From Candidatus Latescibacterota bacterium (GTDB lineage Bacteria > Latescibacterota > UBA2968 > UBA8231), in assembly GCA_965248265.1 (NCBI GenBank), contig CBDFJF010000001.1, positions 2,208,001 through 2,272,000 on the forward strand: a stretch of 64,000 nt of DNA. Direction: 5' to 3'. Positions within the stretch are counted from its first letter, which is position 1, and every line of letters starts with the position of its first letter. Positions 8,334 through 19,035 of this stretch are shown here, in pieces. Under the pieces are notes generated by a model, which was not told where the DNA came from, ran no database searches, and saw only the letters and a list, made by a program, of their open reading frames with translations. The translations under genes were made by a program, and so were the position numbers.

Positions 8334-10852
8334 CGTTCGACATGACGACGCCCCAGGATCCACAGCCTGGCTGGTCGGTCAGCCCTCGCTTGGCCATCGC
8401 CGTCCTGCTCCTGCTGTCGACGGCGGCGCTGGCAGCGCGCGTCATGCCCATCTGGTCCCAGATTTTCCCCGCACCGGGGCACGTCCGCCTTCTGGGTGTG
8501 GACCCGTATTACCACCTTCGGCACGCCCGCTTCGTTGCCGACAACATCCCGCACCTGCAGCGCTGGGACGTCGGCACACACTACCCGGACGGGCAGTGGT
8601 CTGACGCTGCGGGTCTGTTCGATCTCGCGATGGGCTCCGCCGCGTGGTTGATCGGCCTGGGCGACCCCACGAACGACCTCGTCGACCGCGTGGTCGCCTG
8701 GACGCCGCCGCTACTTGCCGCGCTGTCGATCTGGCTGTTGTACCTGCTTGCCCGCACAATGCTCGATCGGCGGACGGCTCTGCTAGCCGCCGCGATCTTT
8801 TTGATCTACCCGGGCTCTTCGTTACATCGGTCTCTACTCGGTTTTGCCGATCACCACGTCGCCGAAATCGTCCTGGCCCTGCTGACCGCCTGGGGGTTGA
8901 TGCGCTGTCTGCAGACTGGCGAATCCTCAAAGCCGGTGCCGCCATGGTGGCGACCGGCGTGCGAGTACGCCTGGCCTTTGGCCATCTTCCTGTTTACGTG
9001 GGTCGGCGCGCCGATATACGTGTTGCTCGTGTTTGTGGTGCTGCTAATCGTCGCCACAGTGGAGATCGCCCACGGCGGAGATTCCAACGCTGCGGCACAC
9101 GGCGGACTGCGCTACGGCAGTGCCCTGCTGCTTATGGTAGGGGTGTCCTCCGTCCTGTGGCCGGACCTGGTGATGTCCCCGAAACGTTTCTCCCCCGCGC
9201 TGCTGGGATGCGCGGCAGTGGCACTCGTACCGGCCGCTTACGTGTTCGCCGCACGCCGGCTCCTGCGCCGGCTGAATCGACCACGCCTCATCGCCTTCTT
9301 CGCGGCGGCTGTCGTCGTCGTTCTCGCTGCCCTCTTCATGGCGCACGCGGACCAGGCCCGCCATCTCGCCGCGCTGCTGCTGACGCCCAAACGCTCGGCA
9401 CTTACCGAGCACCTCGTCATCGACTGGCGCCTTTACGGAAAGCTGCTGGGAGCACCGGGGCTCCTGGCCCTGGCTGCCTTGCCCCTGGGACTGTGGCGGG
9501 CTGTTCGGCGTCCCGGCGACCGCTTCTGCCTGGTACCGCTCCTCTTCGGGGTGCTGCTCATAGGGCTCTGGCTCAGAACGCACGATTATGACTATGCCCC
9601 TCCTGTTTTCGTAGCCCTGATGGCCGCTTTCGTGACGGCGGAGGTGGCCGGCCGCATCCCGGCGCGGCACGTCGCGTGGATGCGCTGGGTGGGTTCCACG
9701 ACGCTCGCGGCGCTCTTGCTGTGCCCGATCTGGCCGTTACGGCTGGTGGCGATGCCCATGGCAACGGCCCGGATGGCCACCAACCACTCAATGACCACGC
9801 AGGCCTGGGAGCAGGCCATGACGTGGATGCGTCAAAACACACCGAAGCCTTCGCTACCGGTCGATACCCGGGTGGAGCCGTTTGGAGCCGGATTCGACTA
9901 CCCGCCTGGCACCTACGGGGTCTTCACTGCCTGGGATTTTGGCAACATCGTGAACACCTTGGGAGAACGGGTACCGGTGTGGAGCCGGTGGCCGTCCGCT
10001 CGCACAGCCATGTGGATTGTGAGCGAGGACGAGGAGGAATCGCTCGGCTTGTTGTGCCCTGGCTGCGAGGAAGGCGAGGAGGTCCGCTATGTCGTTCTGG
10101 AGGCCCGCACCATCGCCCAGCATTTCCTGGGCAAGGTCCTGGCAGCCGGCCGTCAGCTCAGGGACTATGACACTGGGAGAGAGAACTGGCAGTCACTCGA
10201 AGAGGACGAGAAGATCCTGAATCGCACATACGGTCACAAGTACGAGCGGTCGATGGCGGTCCGTCTGTTCCGGGATGACGCCCGCCACCTCGGACACTAC
10301 CGGCTCGTGTACGAGTCTCCCCGCGAGAGCTACATTACGTACCAGCTGAAGTTGGGGACCAACACCCTCAGGCGGCTCGCCTACGATATCAAATCCGACA
10401 GGCAGCGCGAGGTCGTCACCGGTCGCGCCCGAACAGGACAGGTGACCCGCTTCGGAAACCACTATCAGTACGATGGCATCGTGACGCCTTCGGTCAAGAT
10501 CTTCGAGGTCGTACAGGGCGCGCGCCTGACGGGTGAGGCACGCGCCGGAACGGCAGTGGAGGCTCGCCTGGAACTGCGCTGCGGGTCCGGCGGACGCAGG
10601 GTGGATTACGTCAGATCCGTCGTAGCCGGATCAGACGGCCACTTCGACCTCGTGGTCGCGCACTCCTCCGAACCGGTGACAGACAACGCGACCTGCGAGG
10701 CCATCGGACCCTATTCCCTGTTCGTACGCAACACCCTTGAGAGTGAGATGGTGCCGGCAGGAACCGTCGCCATCTCGGTTCGGCAGGTCCGCGATGGTGC
10801 CCACGTCGATTTAGGTAGATTTTTGGAAGAATGGAAGAGACCCCCGAAATAG
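8330..10852 (+). CDS. STT3/AglB-type oligosaccharyltransferase (archaeal-like architecture)
   Basis: G.DPYYH.R...P....D..T.YP.G N-terminal motif, many TM helices, DHH.AE, A..W...NTP, AWDFG (WWDYG equivalent), L.HYRLVYES, VKIFEVV.GA.L.G; ATG 8330 after AGGGGAG. Confidence 0.85.
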   Translation: MTFDMTTPQDPQPGWSVSPRLAIAVLLLLSTAALAARVMPIWSQIFPAPGHVRLLGVDPYYHLRHARFVADNIPHLQRWDVGTHYPDGQWSDAAGLFDLAMGSAAWLIGLGDPTNDLVDRVVAWTPPLLAALSIWLLYLLARTMLDRRTALLAAAIFLIYPGSSLHRSLLGFADHHVAEIVLALLTAWGLMRCLQTGESSKPVPPWWRPACEYAWPLAIFLFTWVGAPIYVLLVFVVLLIVATVEIAHGGDSNAAAHGGLRYGSALLLMVGVSSVLWPDLVMSPKRFSPALLGCAAVALVPAAYVFAARRLLRRLNRPRLIAFFAAAVVVVLAALFMAHADQARHLAALLLTPKRSALTEHLVIDWRLYGKLLGAPGLLALAALPLGLWRAVRRPGDRFCLVPLLFGVLLIGLWLRTHDYDYAPPVFVALMAAFVTAEVAGRIPARHVAWMRWVGSTTLAALLLCPIWPLRLVAMPMATARMATNHSMTTQAWEQAMTWMRQNTPKPSLPVDTRVEPFGAGFDYPPGTYGVFTAWDFGNIVNTLGERVPVWSRWPSARTAMWIVSEDEEESLGLLCPGCEEGEEVRYVVLEARTIAQHFLGKVLAAGRQLRDYDTGRENWQSLEEDEKILNRTYGHKYERSMAVRLFRDDARHLGHYRLVYESPRESYITYQLKLGTNTLRRLAYDIKSDRQREVVTGRARTGQVTRFGNHYQYDGIVTPSVKIFEVVQGARLTGEARAGTAVEARLELRCGSGGRRVDYVRSVVAGSDGHFDLVVAHSSEPVTDNATCEAIGPYSLFVRNTLESEMVPAGTVAISVRQVRDGAHVDLGRFLEEWKRPPK

Positions 10853-10874
10853 CAATTGGCAAGGGAATGGTGAG

Positions 10875-12683
10875 ATGCTAACGCATCTCAAGAAATGCGC
10901 CGCGATGGTGCCCCGCGAGATGCGGCTCCAATGGGGGTCGGTGGTCCCGTTGATTTTGCTGACGGCGGCTACCGAGTCTGCTGGCGCAGCGGTCGTCTAT
11001 GCGCTGGTGAAGATTGTCGCGGACCCGTCCCGCGTGGCTGAAATTCCGGTAGCTGCGACCATCGCCGCGTGGCTGCCGTGGCAGGACCGGGCGTCGGTCG
11101 TCGCTGCATTCGCGACCGTGGCTGCGTTGTTCTACGTAACGAAGAACGCGGTCCTGATCTGGGTGGGCACCACGCGTACCAGAATTGAGGTCAAATCGGT
11201 GGCCTTGCTGGCCAGCCGCATGTTCAGAGGGTACCTGATGACACCGTACCCCTTCCACTTCCGTCGCAACTCCGCCGACCTGATCCGCCAGACCAATCAG
11301 TCGGTGAATATGATGTTCAGCGTGCTCTCGTCCAGCGCCACAGTGGCCTCCGAAATGCTCGTCACTCTGGGGTTCGTCGTAGTTCTGATGTTTGCGGCCC
11401 CGGGAAACACGCTCATCGCCGGCGCACTCCTGGCAGGGTTGCTGGCCCTTTTGCTCAAACTCGTACGGCACCGCACGATCCAGCTGGGCACGCGGGGGCA
11501 TCACCTTCGTATGGCCCTCGTGCAGAGCGTCCAGCAAGGACTGGGTGCCATCAAGGAAATCAAAGTACTCGGCCGCGAGCGGCACTTTGACGACGCGCAT
11601 GCGAACGGCCAGGCGGAGCTCTCACATGTACTGGTGTCGAGGGCGCGGCTGGATGCCATGCCGCGCCTGGTAACCGAATCCGCCTTCGCCGTTGGTGCAT
11701 TGATCGTGGTCGTGCTGATGACCTGGAACGGCGGCCCCGCGTCGGACGTCACCCCTCTGTTAGGCTTGTACGGCTATGCCGCGCTGCGGTTGCTGCCGTC
11801 CGCCAACCGCATGCAGTGGTTGCTTAACGAGATCCGCTACCACAGCACTGTCGTGGACCAGTTGTACGCAGACTTCCTGTTCGTCAACCGCCAACCAAAC
11901 GTGGATCGCGATGCTCCCCCGGAGGGCGACCCGGGGTTCAGCGCACTGGTGCTCGATCGGGTTGGCTACGTATACGATGGCACCGAGACGCGGGTTTTGG
12001 ATGATGTCCACCTCACCATCCCGGCCGGCGAGTCAATCGGCGTGGTCGGCCCGACGGGCGCTGGCAAGAGCACCCTCGTCGACGTGATCGTCGGCCTGTT
12101 GAGTCCATCTACCGGACGAATCACTGTCGATGGCGTCGATCTTTCTCGGCGGTTGTCGTGGTGGCAGCGACGAATCGGCTATGTGCCGCAAGAAACCTAT
12201 CTCGTCGATGACAGTCTCCGCCACAACATCGCTCTGGGCATTTCCGATGAAGAGGTAGACGACGACAGTATCCGTGCCGCTGCTCGGATGGCGCAGCTGG
12301 ACGAGTTCGTGGCCTCGCTGCCCGAAGGATTGGGTACCTTCGTCGGGGAGCGCGGCATCAGACTCTCCGGCGGGCAGCGGCAGCGCGTAGGGATTGCCCG
12401 CGCACTCTATCATCAGCCAGATGTGCTGATCTTCGACGAAGCCACCTCGTCGTTGGACAACGCCACGGAGGCCGAGGTCACGAAGGCCATTGAAGCGCTG
12501 TACGGCGTGAAGACGTTGGTGGTGATCGCACATCGTCTGACCACGGTTCAGCGTTGCGACCGGTTGGTGCTTCTCGAAGGCGGACGCGTCGCCGCGAGCG
12601 GCACGTTTGATGAACTCATGCACAGTTGCGCCGCGTTCCGCCGCCTTGCCGTGCCCGACGAGCAGTCTCAACATCCTGCTTGA
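10875..12683 (+). CDS. ABC transporter (TMD+NBD), PglK/MsbA-like lipid-linked oligosaccharide flippase
   Basis: GPTGAGKST, LSGGQRQR, DEATSSLD, AHRL; TMD with IKEIK and RLLPS motifs; directly after the OST. Confidence 0.8.
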   Translation: MLTHLKKCAAMVPREMRLQWGSVVPLILLTAATESAGAAVVYALVKIVADPSRVAEIPVAATIAAWLPWQDRASVVAAFATVAALFYVTKNAVLIWVGTTRTRIEVKSVALLASRMFRGYLMTPYPFHFRRNSADLIRQTNQSVNMMFSVLSSSATVASEMLVTLGFVVVLMFAAPGNTLIAGALLAGLLALLLKLVRHRTIQLGTRGHHLRMALVQSVQQGLGAIKEIKVLGRERHFDDAHANGQAELSHVLVSRARLDAMPRLVTESAFAVGALIVVVLMTWNGGPASDVTPLLGLYGYAALRLLPSANRMQWLLNEIRYHSTVVDQLYADFLFVNRQPNVDRDAPPEGDPGFSALVLDRVGYVYDGTETRVLDDVHLTIPAGESIGVVGPTGAGKSTLVDVIVGLLSPSTGRITVDGVDLSRRLSWWQRRIGYVPQETYLVDDSLRHNIALGISDEEVDDDSIRAAARMAQLDEFVASLPEGLGTFVGERGIRLSGGQRQRVGIARALYHQPDVLIFDEATSSLDNATEAEVTKAIEALYGVKTLVVIAHRLTTVQRCDRLVLLEGGRVAASGTFDELMHSCAAFRRLAVPDEQSQHPA

Positions 12684-12758
12684 CTAACCTCACCTACCTC
12701 TGCGAGGTACGGTGATCTAGGAGAGAGCGAGGAAGATGAATACTATCTTGCGGACTAA

Positions 12759-13658
12759 TTGACACTGCCACTCGAACCCATGCTGCGGAAGCTCAGAGCT
12801 GCCGTCGGTTACGGAGCGCCTCTCTTGCGGGCGCGACGATCCGGAACACGTCGTGTTGGCGTGATGACCTGCACCCTCGACGAAGCGGCGTGCGCGGCCT
12901 TCACCGTAGGGGCGTTCGCCGATCTCGTCGACACCTACGTGCTCATCGACACGGGGTCGACCGATGGGACCCTGCCGTTGATCGAGAACATGTATGCTCA
13001 GCAGATTTCCGATGGCCGGCTGATCGTTGAGCAACTCGGGCGCCTTCCGGACTTCAGCATGGCGCAGGCGCGGGCGCGGGCGCTGGAGATTCTCCGTGCC
13101 CAGGAGATTGACTACTTCCTCAAGATTGACGCCGACGAAGTGTTCTACGACGCCGGCGCACACAGACTCGTGCAGATTGCCCGCCGGCTTCCGTCACCCG
13201 TCACCTACGTATCATGCTCGCTCCGGGAGCTCTACCAGTGGGAGCTGCAAACCACGAGCGATTGGCTACAGGCGCTCGACGAGCAACGCGATGTCTTCTG
13301 GGAGATGTCGTTCGTTCCCCACAAAGATCTTGTCTTCCGCGTGACGGGAGCGTACACTCACGGCCGGTGGACGGACGAAGCCCAGGGCCTCCCCGCAGAG
13401 GGCATCGCCCATCACGGCCCCATGGTTCGAGAGCGGGCAATAGGGGTCCTGGCCGCGCACTACGGCTGGGCGCGCCCCGTCGAGTGCAAGCGCGCCAAGA
13501 GCCTCGCTTGGCATGGCGATCCCGCGGCAGATCCCCGCGTCGATCGCCTCCACCACCTCACCGACGATCGGCGGCGACCCCGCCGTCGGTTTCGCCGCCA
13601 CCCGGAGGTTATTCGCAGAAAGCTGGGTGCGGTGCGGGAATGGCTTCACGCCCGCTGA
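12759..13658 (+). CDS. Divergent GT2-like glycosyltransferase
   Basis: IDTGSTDGT, IDADE, HYGWAR motifs; start uncertain. Confidence 0.7.
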   Translation: MTLPLEPMLRKLRAAVGYGAPLLRARRSGTRRVGVMTCTLDEAACAAFTVGAFADLVDTYVLIDTGSTDGTLPLIENMYAQQISDGRLIVEQLGRLPDFSMAQARARALEILRAQEIDYFLKIDADEVFYDAGAHRLVQIARRLPSPVTYVSCSLRELYQWELQTTSDWLQALDEQRDVFWEMSFVPHKDLVFRVTGAYTHGRWTDEAQGLPAEGIAHHGPMVRERAIGVLAAHYGWARPVECKRAKSLAWHGDPAADPRVDRLHHLTDDRRRPRRRFRRHPEVIRRKLGAVREWLHAR

Positions 13659-13674
13659 CCAAATGAGTGATTCT

Positions 13675-14841
13675 TCAACGCAACAGCGATATCATCTGCT
13701 CCACTGCTTCCGGCTCAAGATCTAATGTTCGGGAAATTTCGCGGCTGGGTGTATCGTGCTCCATATAGTACAGACAGAGAAGCCAATTACGCACTGCAGC
13801 AGGTTGCTTCGAAAACACGGTCCCGGTCAAGTCATCGAACGAGCGCACACAGTTGTGGCAGTAGTAACGGCGCAGATGCGGTAGAGCATCATCCGAGCCA
13901 CTCTGGCTAAACTCGTCGCCGCCACATTCCGGACAGAATATGCCCTTATCCCATCGGACACGGCGAAGCGTTTCAAAACAGCTGGCGTCGTCCGCGAGGT
14001 CGCCGGTCTCGAGTTTTCCTGAAAATGCGACGCTCGGCGTTGGCAAGACCCTGGCGATTTCTTTTTCAATGCCATTCAATTGCCACGCAGCATCGGAAAA
14101 GGAGCTGCCGAAACTGCCGATCACTTTGCGACATCTCGACAGGCAGTACAGATCAACCACAGCGTCTTAAATCGCTATCGGATCATTCCGATCGTAGGAT
14201 CTCTTCCGGTGTGTGCTTATTCGCTTAGGAAAGGCCTCTCGCAGCCGTTTCTCCTCCGCTGCAGAGTCGGAGGCGACATAAAATACAGTATCGCTATTCG
14301 CTCCTATTTCCTCTTCCATCAAACGAATGAATTCCTCGGTCGGGCTATATCTAATTGGCCACTCCCCATCCGCGCGCCTCAAGTGAACTCCAACCATTTG
14401 ACCAGATTCACCGAACCGAGAATCGATGAGCCGCTGAAGCGGCTGAATCGGCACGAAATCGCCGAAGCGAGAGGTTCCTTCGTGAAATCGTTTGCAGGCG
14501 ATGATATCGGTTTTCTTGCCTCTGACTATGCCCTCGAGATCACAGCCTCGCTCATGTAAATCCTGCATGTTGGCATCTGTCAAATGCAGGTTGAAAAACA
14601 TTCGGAATACTAGGCGAATCAGCCGCAGAACGATTTTACCCGTAAGACTATTTCCGTTAACGTGGTATAGCCTTTTGACACTGGCAGGCAAAATGAAGAG
14701 GTCGTCAAACCTGCAATTCAATTCTGGACTTAGATACCAGACGACGTACAGCTCTTCTTGTGTTGCCTTGCAGAGAGAGATAGCGGAGTCCAAGCTCCGC
14801 ATGCGATTGCTCAAACCGGCCAGAGGTACGATCGCTATCAT
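13675..14841 (-). pseudogene. O-fucosyltransferase/GT11-like glycosyltransferase interrupted by an in-frame TAA and fused to an IS1595-type zinc-ribbon/HTH domain
   Basis: GLSNRMR and GVHLRR.D motifs; reads PIAI*DAVVDLYCLS in one frame (stop 14167-14169); tail RW..G..CP.CG..RY.C..C..SF.DLTGT.F. Confidence 0.75.
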
Positions 14842-14852
14842 CGCAGACCCAT

Positions 14853-15806
14853 CTAGAGCCGCGGCAACCGTCTGCGCACTTCACTCACGACGACCCTGCC
14901 CAATCGTTTCGCCGTGGACCCTATCTGATACGTTATAAACTCTCGAGCCTTCGCCCCCGCGCGCGACCCGATTGGCCTTTGAGTCCTCGCGAGGACCTCC
15001 TCAATAGCATTGAGAATTCGATCTGGATGATTCGCTTGAGGGGCGTGACCCTGGGGATAGCAGGGCTGCTGCAGATAGTCCATGTATTTACTGTCGTCAC
15101 TATCAACGTCGATCACGTGCTGAACCAAATCCTCCATCGAAGAAAAATCGTGGAAATTGATGAATCGGCGCGTATTGAAATCGCGACCCACCCAGTCGTT
15201 CCCCCAATAGATTGGTAGAGACTCGGCTAACAGGGCATCTGTGAGTTTTTCGGTCGTGTAACCACGGTAGGAAACATTCTCGAAAGAGATAACGAATTTG
15301 CACTCCCGGTAGAACTCAAGCTTGTCTTCGACACGCCCCCCTACGTTATTGAATAGCTTTCCACCAGCGCGAACGGGCCTGTAACTCGACAACATCCTGA
15401 ACAACTGATTTCTCTGATCACACCGGTGATTCGAGTACAGGAAAGCGCAGAAGTGTTTCTTTTGATCGAGAATTCGATGCGGATCTTGCGGGGGGTCGCC
15501 TTCGAGTGACTCGATGGCGCCCAGTGCGTAGAGAGGGAGACGGTACTGTCGGTCCTCATACGGCATGTGGTCGAAAGAAAATGCGAAGTCGCACTCTTGG
15601 AAACGAGGGGGCCGTGCTTCTCCGGTATAGAAAATTCGCGAGCAGCTGAATCGTGTGAATCTGTGGCCAAACGTTGCGTAAATCAACAGCTCGGGCCGCG
15701 GACTCACTTCAACTTCGAACCTCCGGCGAAGCAGTCGCGAAAAGTAATTGTCCTCGACGTCAAAGCCGGGCCAAAAATCAGAGTAGTTTACTAAGAGTCT
15801 GCGCAT
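14853..15806 (-). CDS. GT10 alpha-1,3-fucosyltransferase-like
   Basis: DFWPGF, YTGE, FC.F.YSN, KF.ISFEN....GYTTEKL..A......PIYWG. Confidence 0.88.
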   Translation of the reverse strand: MRRLLVNYSDFWPGFDVEDNYFSRLLRRRFEVEVSPRPELLIYATFGHRFTRFSCSRIFYTGEARPPRFQECDFAFSFDHMPYEDRQYRLPLYALGAIESLEGDPPQDPHRILDQKKHFCAFLYSNHRCDQRNQLFRMLSSYRPVRAGGKLFNNVGGRVEDKLEFYRECKFVISFENVSYRGYTTEKLTDALLAESLPIYWGNDWVGRDFNTRRFINFHDFSSMEDLVQHVIDVDSDDSKYMDYLQQPCYPQGHAPQANHPDRILNAIEEVLARTQRPIGSRAGAKAREFITYQIGSTAKRLGRVVVSEVRRRLPRL

Positions 15807-16130
15807 ATAGGGTGGGCACTGGGAGACAATCACATGACGTTCTATAGTCAGTCCGGTCAAGATCGGTTTCTTGATTCGAAAATCTTCCACAAACTCTCCG
15901 GACGCCGCAGACGGTCAACCCTCGAAACCTGCAAACGGTTCACGTGCGGGTGTGTGGGTGGGGCTGCAGGAAATATCCGCTCGCGCGAGGGGAACAAAAT
16001 CACGCATCCTCAAAGCGCTCGGCAATCGCTCCCCGTCTGTCACGCTCCTCCCTCCCTCGCAAGTTAACCACGGGCAACTGTCAGGCGGAATCGAGCTTGT
16101 CGGGGTGCAGGCCATTCGCCTCACAGCCGC

Positions 16131-16919
16131 TCAACCCAGGTACCGACGAAGGCCTTTGAGACTTCTCAGCTTTTCACCAAAACTATCTCTTCTTGCTATG
16201 ACGACCGAACCTCTCTTGCGCCCCGTCTCATCCGCGGAGGGCTGGCTAGGAAAGAAGACCTGTAAATCCTGTTTCTCTAGAAAGGCACCAATGTGATCCA
16301 GAGTCAAGCTCAAACCCGATGCATAATGATCATAACCATATCCCTCGTCACCGGGTACTCGGAAATCGTCAACCATAATCGCAAATTCTTTCACACTACC
16401 TGATATCAACTCTATCTCTCCAAGCAGCGGAGAATCATCGTACGAGTGTGCATCCAGATAGAAGAAAACAGCCTTTGCACCAATGACATCTCGTTGGAGT
16501 ACACGGCGCAGAAACTCTCGAGAGTCATGGTTGTACAGGGCGACATTCTCCATATCGCTAAGGTGCATCTTCGCGATCTTATGAAATCGAGCTTGAATCT
16601 CCGCAGAATAGACGGGGAGCCCCGTGCGGTGCGCCATGAAACCAGTTGTACTGCCAATCCAAGTACCGGTTTCAACGATAACCCTGAAGGGTAGCGATTG
16701 CATCAACTCAAAGAAAATCCCCTTGCGCCCATTCTGGCCATTGAACGCAAGCTCACTTTCCGGGTCGAACCTCGGATGCTCGATCAAGATATCCACGACG
16801 AAATCCAGCTCTTCCACCCGCCTCTCAAGGCCACCGATGCGTTGATTGATCTTGTGAAAATACCTTCTTACACATTTTGGCGTCAGGGCTCTTAACGCTT
16901 GTTTCACAACATTTGGCAT
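16131..16919 (-). CDS. Class I SAM-dependent methyltransferase-like protein
   Basis: IVETGTW.G.T, FFYLDAH, PL..E, IMVDDF motifs. Confidence 0.7.
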   Translation of the reverse strand: MPNVVKQALRALTPKCVRRYFHKINQRIGGLERRVEELDFVVDILIEHPRFDPESELAFNGQNGRKGIFFELMQSLPFRVIVETGTWIGSTTGFMAHRTGLPVYSAEIQARFHKIAKMHLSDMENVALYNHDSREFLRRVLQRDVIGAKAVFFYLDAHSYDDSPLLGEIELISGSVKEFAIMVDDFRVPGDEGYGYDHYASGLSLTLDHIGAFLEKQDLQVFFPSQPSADETGRKRGSVVIARRDSFGEKLRSLKGLRRYLG

Positions 16920-17013
16920 TTGTCGGATTCCTATATATACAAGATCACGGTCGGATGTCCATGGAGGGTCATGGCCGGCTTCTCTGGGTGGCCGACATTG
17001 TTCTCCACGACGT

Positions 17014-17763
17014 TCAATGCGGGGATTCCAAGAGGCGGCGAAACGATTCACGGATAAATCTGGCGGTACGCCTGACCTTCACTCTTAGAGTAAAGCGATG
17101 AAAGAACACATCACCCAAGAAGGACTCGATGATGTTGCTCCACGACTGACGATCGGACATCCCTCCGGCTCTCATGACAACGGTGACTTCATCAGAGAGG
17201 TGATATCGTGCCTTGGGATAATGTTGGATTCCAAACAATGCATCGGAAATGATCCGAAAGCGCTCGTTGTAGAGCCCGACTCGATCGTAAAACGCTCGTC
17301 TGATGAACGTTCCCGGATGGGGGAAGTTGTAGTGCCGTTGCTCAGAAATGTACCTCGGCACCCATGTGTGACCTGCACCGATCTCAGGCGTCTCGATCCT
17401 GATCGCGGTCGCGATCAAGTCGTACCCGGGGCGCGTGATTCTTGCCACGTGATACAACACGGACGCGTCGGCGTAGCGATCGTCAGAGTTGAGGATGTGG
17501 ATCCACTCACCCGATGCCAGGGCAATCCCCTTGTTCATCGCGTGATACGCCCCTCGATCTGGCTCGGAGATCCACTTCATTCTGCCCTCGAATCGGGGTC
17601 CGTGTTGTCTCAGTATTTCTACCGTTTGGTCGGCTGAATCACCATCGACGACGAGGTATTCATAGTCATCGAATTCCTGATCGAGGACGGATTCCAGTGT
17701 GTCGCGGATCGTGTCAGCACTGTTCATCGATACAGTGATTATGGTGAAGAGCGGCTGGCTCAT
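17014..17763 (-). CDS. GT2 glycosyltransferase (WcaE-like)
   Basis: TIITVS.N, DG.S.D.T, ISEPD.G.Y.AMNKG, LNSDD. Confidence 0.88.
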   Translation of the reverse strand: MSQPLFTIITVSMNSADTIRDTLESVLDQEFDDYEYLVVDGDSADQTVEILRQHGPRFEGRMKWISEPDRGAYHAMNKGIALASGEWIHILNSDDRYADASVLYHVARITRPGYDLIATAIRIETPEIGAGHTWVPRYISEQRHYNFPHPGTFIRRAFYDRVGLYNERFRIISDALFGIQHYPKARYHLSDEVTVVMRAGGMSDRQSWSNIIESFLGDVFFHRFTLRVKVRRTARFIRESFRRLLESPH

Positions 17764-17964
17764 CTCACTGCCGTCGTGCCGGGATGGGTCGGGCCTCGTG
17801 GGAGCTGCTGCACTCGAGGCAAGGGGTTTACTGTTTGTGGGCCCCAGCAGCAAAATAGGCCGGTCGGCGTTGAGCAGACCTCTCTCAACCAGTCTGAAAA
17901 ACTCTGCGTTCTCCCCATCCAATCACCACCTGAGACAAGAGGTCACGCCACTCGCCGGCTTTCG

Positions 17965-18762
17965 TCATCTCGATTTCACGAACACGAAGTTAGCACCGTA
18001 ACGATCCACCTCGGTGAATCCACGAGCCTTGATCAGCTCTCCGAGGGCCGGCACATCGTATCGGGTTGCCCTGAACGTCGTGGGGTGCAACTCGATGATC
18101 ATCCAGCTGCAAAGCGCTAGACTGTCCTCGTCCGCCAGAAAGAGCCCGGCCTCGGCGCCTTCGATGTCCGATACAAGACAGAACTCACCGAAGTCGTACC
18201 GCTCGAGCAAGCTCTTCAGGGTAACGCACCGCACCTCGTCCGAATCACTGTCAGGCTGATCGGGCGAAGCCAGCCGACCTCCCAGATGATAGGCATTCTT
18301 GACAAACCGCACCCGCTGATCGATGACTTGGTCGTACGCAATCGCTGCGTTCACCACGTCCACGTGCCCTCCGCAATTTTCAGCGGCGGTTCGTTCGAGT
18401 AGCCTGAAGAGGTCCTGATCCGCCTCGACGCTAATCACTCTCCGCGCGTTCCTACACACCTGAGTCGTGATCACTCCGATGCCGGCGCCGAGCTCGATCA
18501 CGTTCGCCTCAGAAGGAAGGTAGCGCCGCACGAAAGTCGCTTCAGCGCGCTCGTAAAGGCGAAAGAAAATTGAAGCCTTCGTCCCCGGAGACATCCTCGC
18601 GTGCCCAACGTCTATGGCACATCCGTAGAATGGAATCCGGTCCCCGAAGAGCCGACCGACCAGGCGCCCGACCCACGGCAACGTCAGGCATGTCGTGACG
18701 ATCTTCTTGAGCCTCGGGGGCACGAACCTCCGCACCCAGTTTCCCACGATCACGCGTCTCAT
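17965..18762 (-). CDS. FkbM family methyltransferase
   Basis: VIELGAGIG, VEAD, DIEGAE, IIELHP. Confidence 0.82.
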   Translation of the reverse strand: MRRVIVGNWVRRFVPPRLKKIVTTCLTLPWVGRLVGRLFGDRIPFYGCAIDVGHARMSPGTKASIFFRLYERAEATFVRRYLPSEANVIELGAGIGVITTQVCRNARRVISVEADQDLFRLLERTAAENCGGHVDVVNAAIAYDQVIDQRVRFVKNAYHLGGRLASPDQPDSDSDEVRCVTLKSLLERYDFGEFCLVSDIEGAEAGLFLADEDSLALCSWMIIELHPTTFRATRYDVPALGELIKARGFTEVDRYGANFVFVKSR

Positions 18763-19035
18763 GCTCTACCGAGGCGCCGGAGTGTGAATGCACGCGCCGC
18801 ATCGTTGCGACTGCGGGGTTCCTGATTGTTCTCGTCCAAAGAGAAGCTCCTTAGATAGCTGGGGTCAAACCTCAACCTGCCTCGACATCACACCCCAAGC
18901 GATATAGACTACTGCTATTGACCGTGTGAACTGTGAATCAATTCTCACAAGCTGGGGCGTGATAGTCCTGCGTGTCACGTCAACGAGTGCTCCTGAGGCA
19001 ATACTCCCTACATTGCCCGTCCTCTCTCTTGTGCA

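Noticed and set aside
13675-14010. Active IS1595/IS1 element
   Set aside because: No DDE catalytic domain, terminal inverted repeats or target duplication seen.
14167-14169. Stop-codon recoding (Sec/Pyl or alternative genetic code)
   Set aside because: The codon is TAA, other genes use TAA as a normal stop, and a CAA-to-TAA change or a sequencing error is simpler.
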